A DNA stretch of 64,000 nucleotides, from assembly GCA_036172245.1 (NCBI GenBank), contig JAYWIR010000014.1, forward strand, positions 1,612,001-1,676,000, read 5' to 3'. Source of the stretch: Raillietiella orientalis (Eukaryota). A program made the position numbers and the translations under genes. The notes under the pieces were generated by a model. It did not search any database. It worked only from the letters and a program-made list of their open reading frames with translations, and had not been told where the DNA came from. How positions within the stretch are numbered: the stretch's first letter is position 1; the number at the start of each line of letters is the position of its first letter. Shown here in pieces: positions 61,952 to 64,000 of this stretch.

Positions 61952-63990
61952 ATGCATAAAGAAAGCAAATTGTCAAATGCATCTAAGGTGCAAACCCCCC
62001 AAAAGAAGAGAAAATCATGTGCATCAGAATTAGAAGTGCCACTATTGCAGGAAAAATCTTTAATTGCTTCCAAAACACAAAGAAAGAGGAAGTCATCTAT
62101 GCTTGAAGTGGAAACACGAGCCTCAAAGTGTATTCAAAATGGTGAAATGTTAAAAAACCAATCAAGTATGGATTTTCAAATTTTGGTGAACAAGATGAAA
62201 TTGCAACCAGATATTGAAGGTCTGAGCTGAAGAATGTGTTACTTTGTACTAATATTATATTTTAGTCCTCAAGAAATTAATGCAGTATAATTTTGATGAC
62301 ATTACTGATGATGACAAGCTGGAGTCTCTGTTAAGTCTATCTGATGATTACAGACTGGGCTATCTTGTAGATTTGTTCAAAGAGTTTACAGATGGAAAGG
62401 GAACTGCTCAAAAATTCGAGCCTGTTTATCAAGTTCTGGAAAAGATATTTCTATGGTAACATAGTTGCCTTTAATGGCAATTTTCAGCATTTTGTCAGGT
62501 TATAAGTACAGAGCTGAACGGATGTTGATAATTGTTCTTAAAGAGCGACCTTGTTAAGCAGTTTTGTGTGATCTTTGTTGTTTGATTGTTTGTCAAAATC
62601 TTGATTGTTAGGATAGTGTTAGTGCCATACTTTGAGCATATATGATGTTTCTAATAACGAAAATCTTGCTGCTGATATTGGAGCAGGGACTTGACTTTCT
62701 GAAAGATTTAGAAGATAGTGATAAGAATTAATGAATCCACTTGTCAGGAATCGATATAATCATATTTTATTTACTATGATGGACTTAAAATTCTAAATGT
62801 TTCCATTACTGTTGTAAATTTTATATTAGTAGTGCTCATGAAATTAATGTTATATTCCTTTAGAATGCCCTCAAGCTACCTTATTATCATGCTTGCCTTA
62901 TTGTTGAATAATGTAAAACAGAGCAAAAACTAATCAGAAAAAGATGAATGTGAATTTAGTACAAAATTTTCAGCATTGTCAATTTTAATGACAATTTGAA
63001 GTTCAGATCTATGGATTTTGAGCAACATGACACTTGGATGCAAAAGTAAATAAAGTAGATGAATCTTAAAAAACCGAAGCTGTTTGAAAAAACAAACAAA
63101 CAAATAATAAGTGATAGAAGTATTTCTCATTATATCATTTTTGAAGAGTTTTGTACAGATTAGTTTTGGAGTTGTCAGTCTTATTTACCTTCGAAGGTTA
63201 ATATGTATTTGAAGTTAAATTGCTTCTTAATTCAAGTTGAAGAATTCCGTAAAATCAGAAGATTTAATGAAATAAATGGAATTATACTTTGAGAATATGG
63301 AATTCATCCAAACACATTCCAATCTCCATTTCACATCAAGAAATGACACCATATCATTGTTAATTAGGAATTTGATATTTGAGATAGGTTTTCTCTCACT
63401 TAAACAGGCATTTTTTATCTGTCTGTTGCAAACACGTAGAATATCATCGATACAGTTAAGAGAAAAGATCAGGGAGAATAATTAATATTAGGATGTTATT
63501 CATAAAAGTAGAGGAACAGGTAGCCAACCATAATAAACTCAGCATTGACGGAAGTCTGCCATGTATTTGTTGTGTTAGGCAACTTTTGGTTTTTAGGATC
63601 AGCAGTGGACATCAGCAGCACTTGGAGCAGGGCATCAATGCTGTTAGATATATCTTTGAAAGTTATAGTTATGTGTTATATGCATCCTTGAAGAACAAGA
63701 ACCCATGTGAGCATATCATAGCAGCTTTATCTTTGTTAACAGGTCAGTAACTTTACAGATAAAACGTGTTTATTATTCAATAGGAAAATAATTAGCCATG
63801 ATTTCTTTGGATGTTAAATCAGCACAATTCGTACTGAGGCATATGATTGCTGCAAATTTTGATTTTATGTCCATTGCTGAAAAAAGAAATCCTCGTGATT
63901 CCCAAGATATTCGTCCTTGCATTTTGAATTTTTATTTATCTTTTTTACTCTCCCATGATAATACTGTCATCAGACTTTTTCTGGAACAAG
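61952..63990 (+). CDS. URB1: Nucleolar pre-ribosomal-associated protein 1 (URB1/Npa1-like), 5' partial CDS continuing beyond the window
   Basis: Phase-consistent GT-AG exons at 61952-62219, 62266-62455, 63597-63742 and 63796-63990, with a donor GT at 63991. Translation includes ..VYQVLEKIFLW..AVRYIFESYSYVLYASL..IIAALSLLTAMISLDVKSAQFVL..KRNPRDSQDIRPCILNFYLSFLLSHDNTVIRLFLEQ. This resembles the Npa1/URB1 N-terminal domain (LLTAM and D-[IV]-R-x5-F-x-LSF patterns). The gene structure is solid; the family call is from memory. Confidence 0.78.
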
Positions 63991-64000
63991 GTAGACATGT

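Overview
This is eukaryotic (metazoan, probably invertebrate) genomic DNA; the species cannot be determined from the sequence. It has three compositional zones. (1) About 1-12.5 kb is moderately AT-rich with no recognisable gene. (2) About 13-45 kb is very GC/CpG-rich; its many overlapping ORFs look like chance translations. It contains a diverged ~340-bp duplication, long purine/pyrimidine tracts, a 24-bp alternating purine-pyrimidine palindrome and, at its right edge, a ~310-bp near-perfect inverted repeat. (3) About 47-64 kb is AT-rich and CpG-poor, with two + strand housekeeping genes I could splice by hand: a complete 9-exon SCYL2-like pseudokinase (724 aa) and the first four coding exons of a URB1/Npa1-like ribosome biogenesis gene. 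The most notable points are micro-introns of 39-53 nt, several without a polypyrimidine tract; a uORF that is a decayed tandem copy of the SCYL2 start; a stop-creating decoy acceptor in URB1; and the long inverted repeat with a 245-nt perfectly identical core. I found no clear novel multi-gene system, CRISPR array, rRNA, tRNA or intact transposase.
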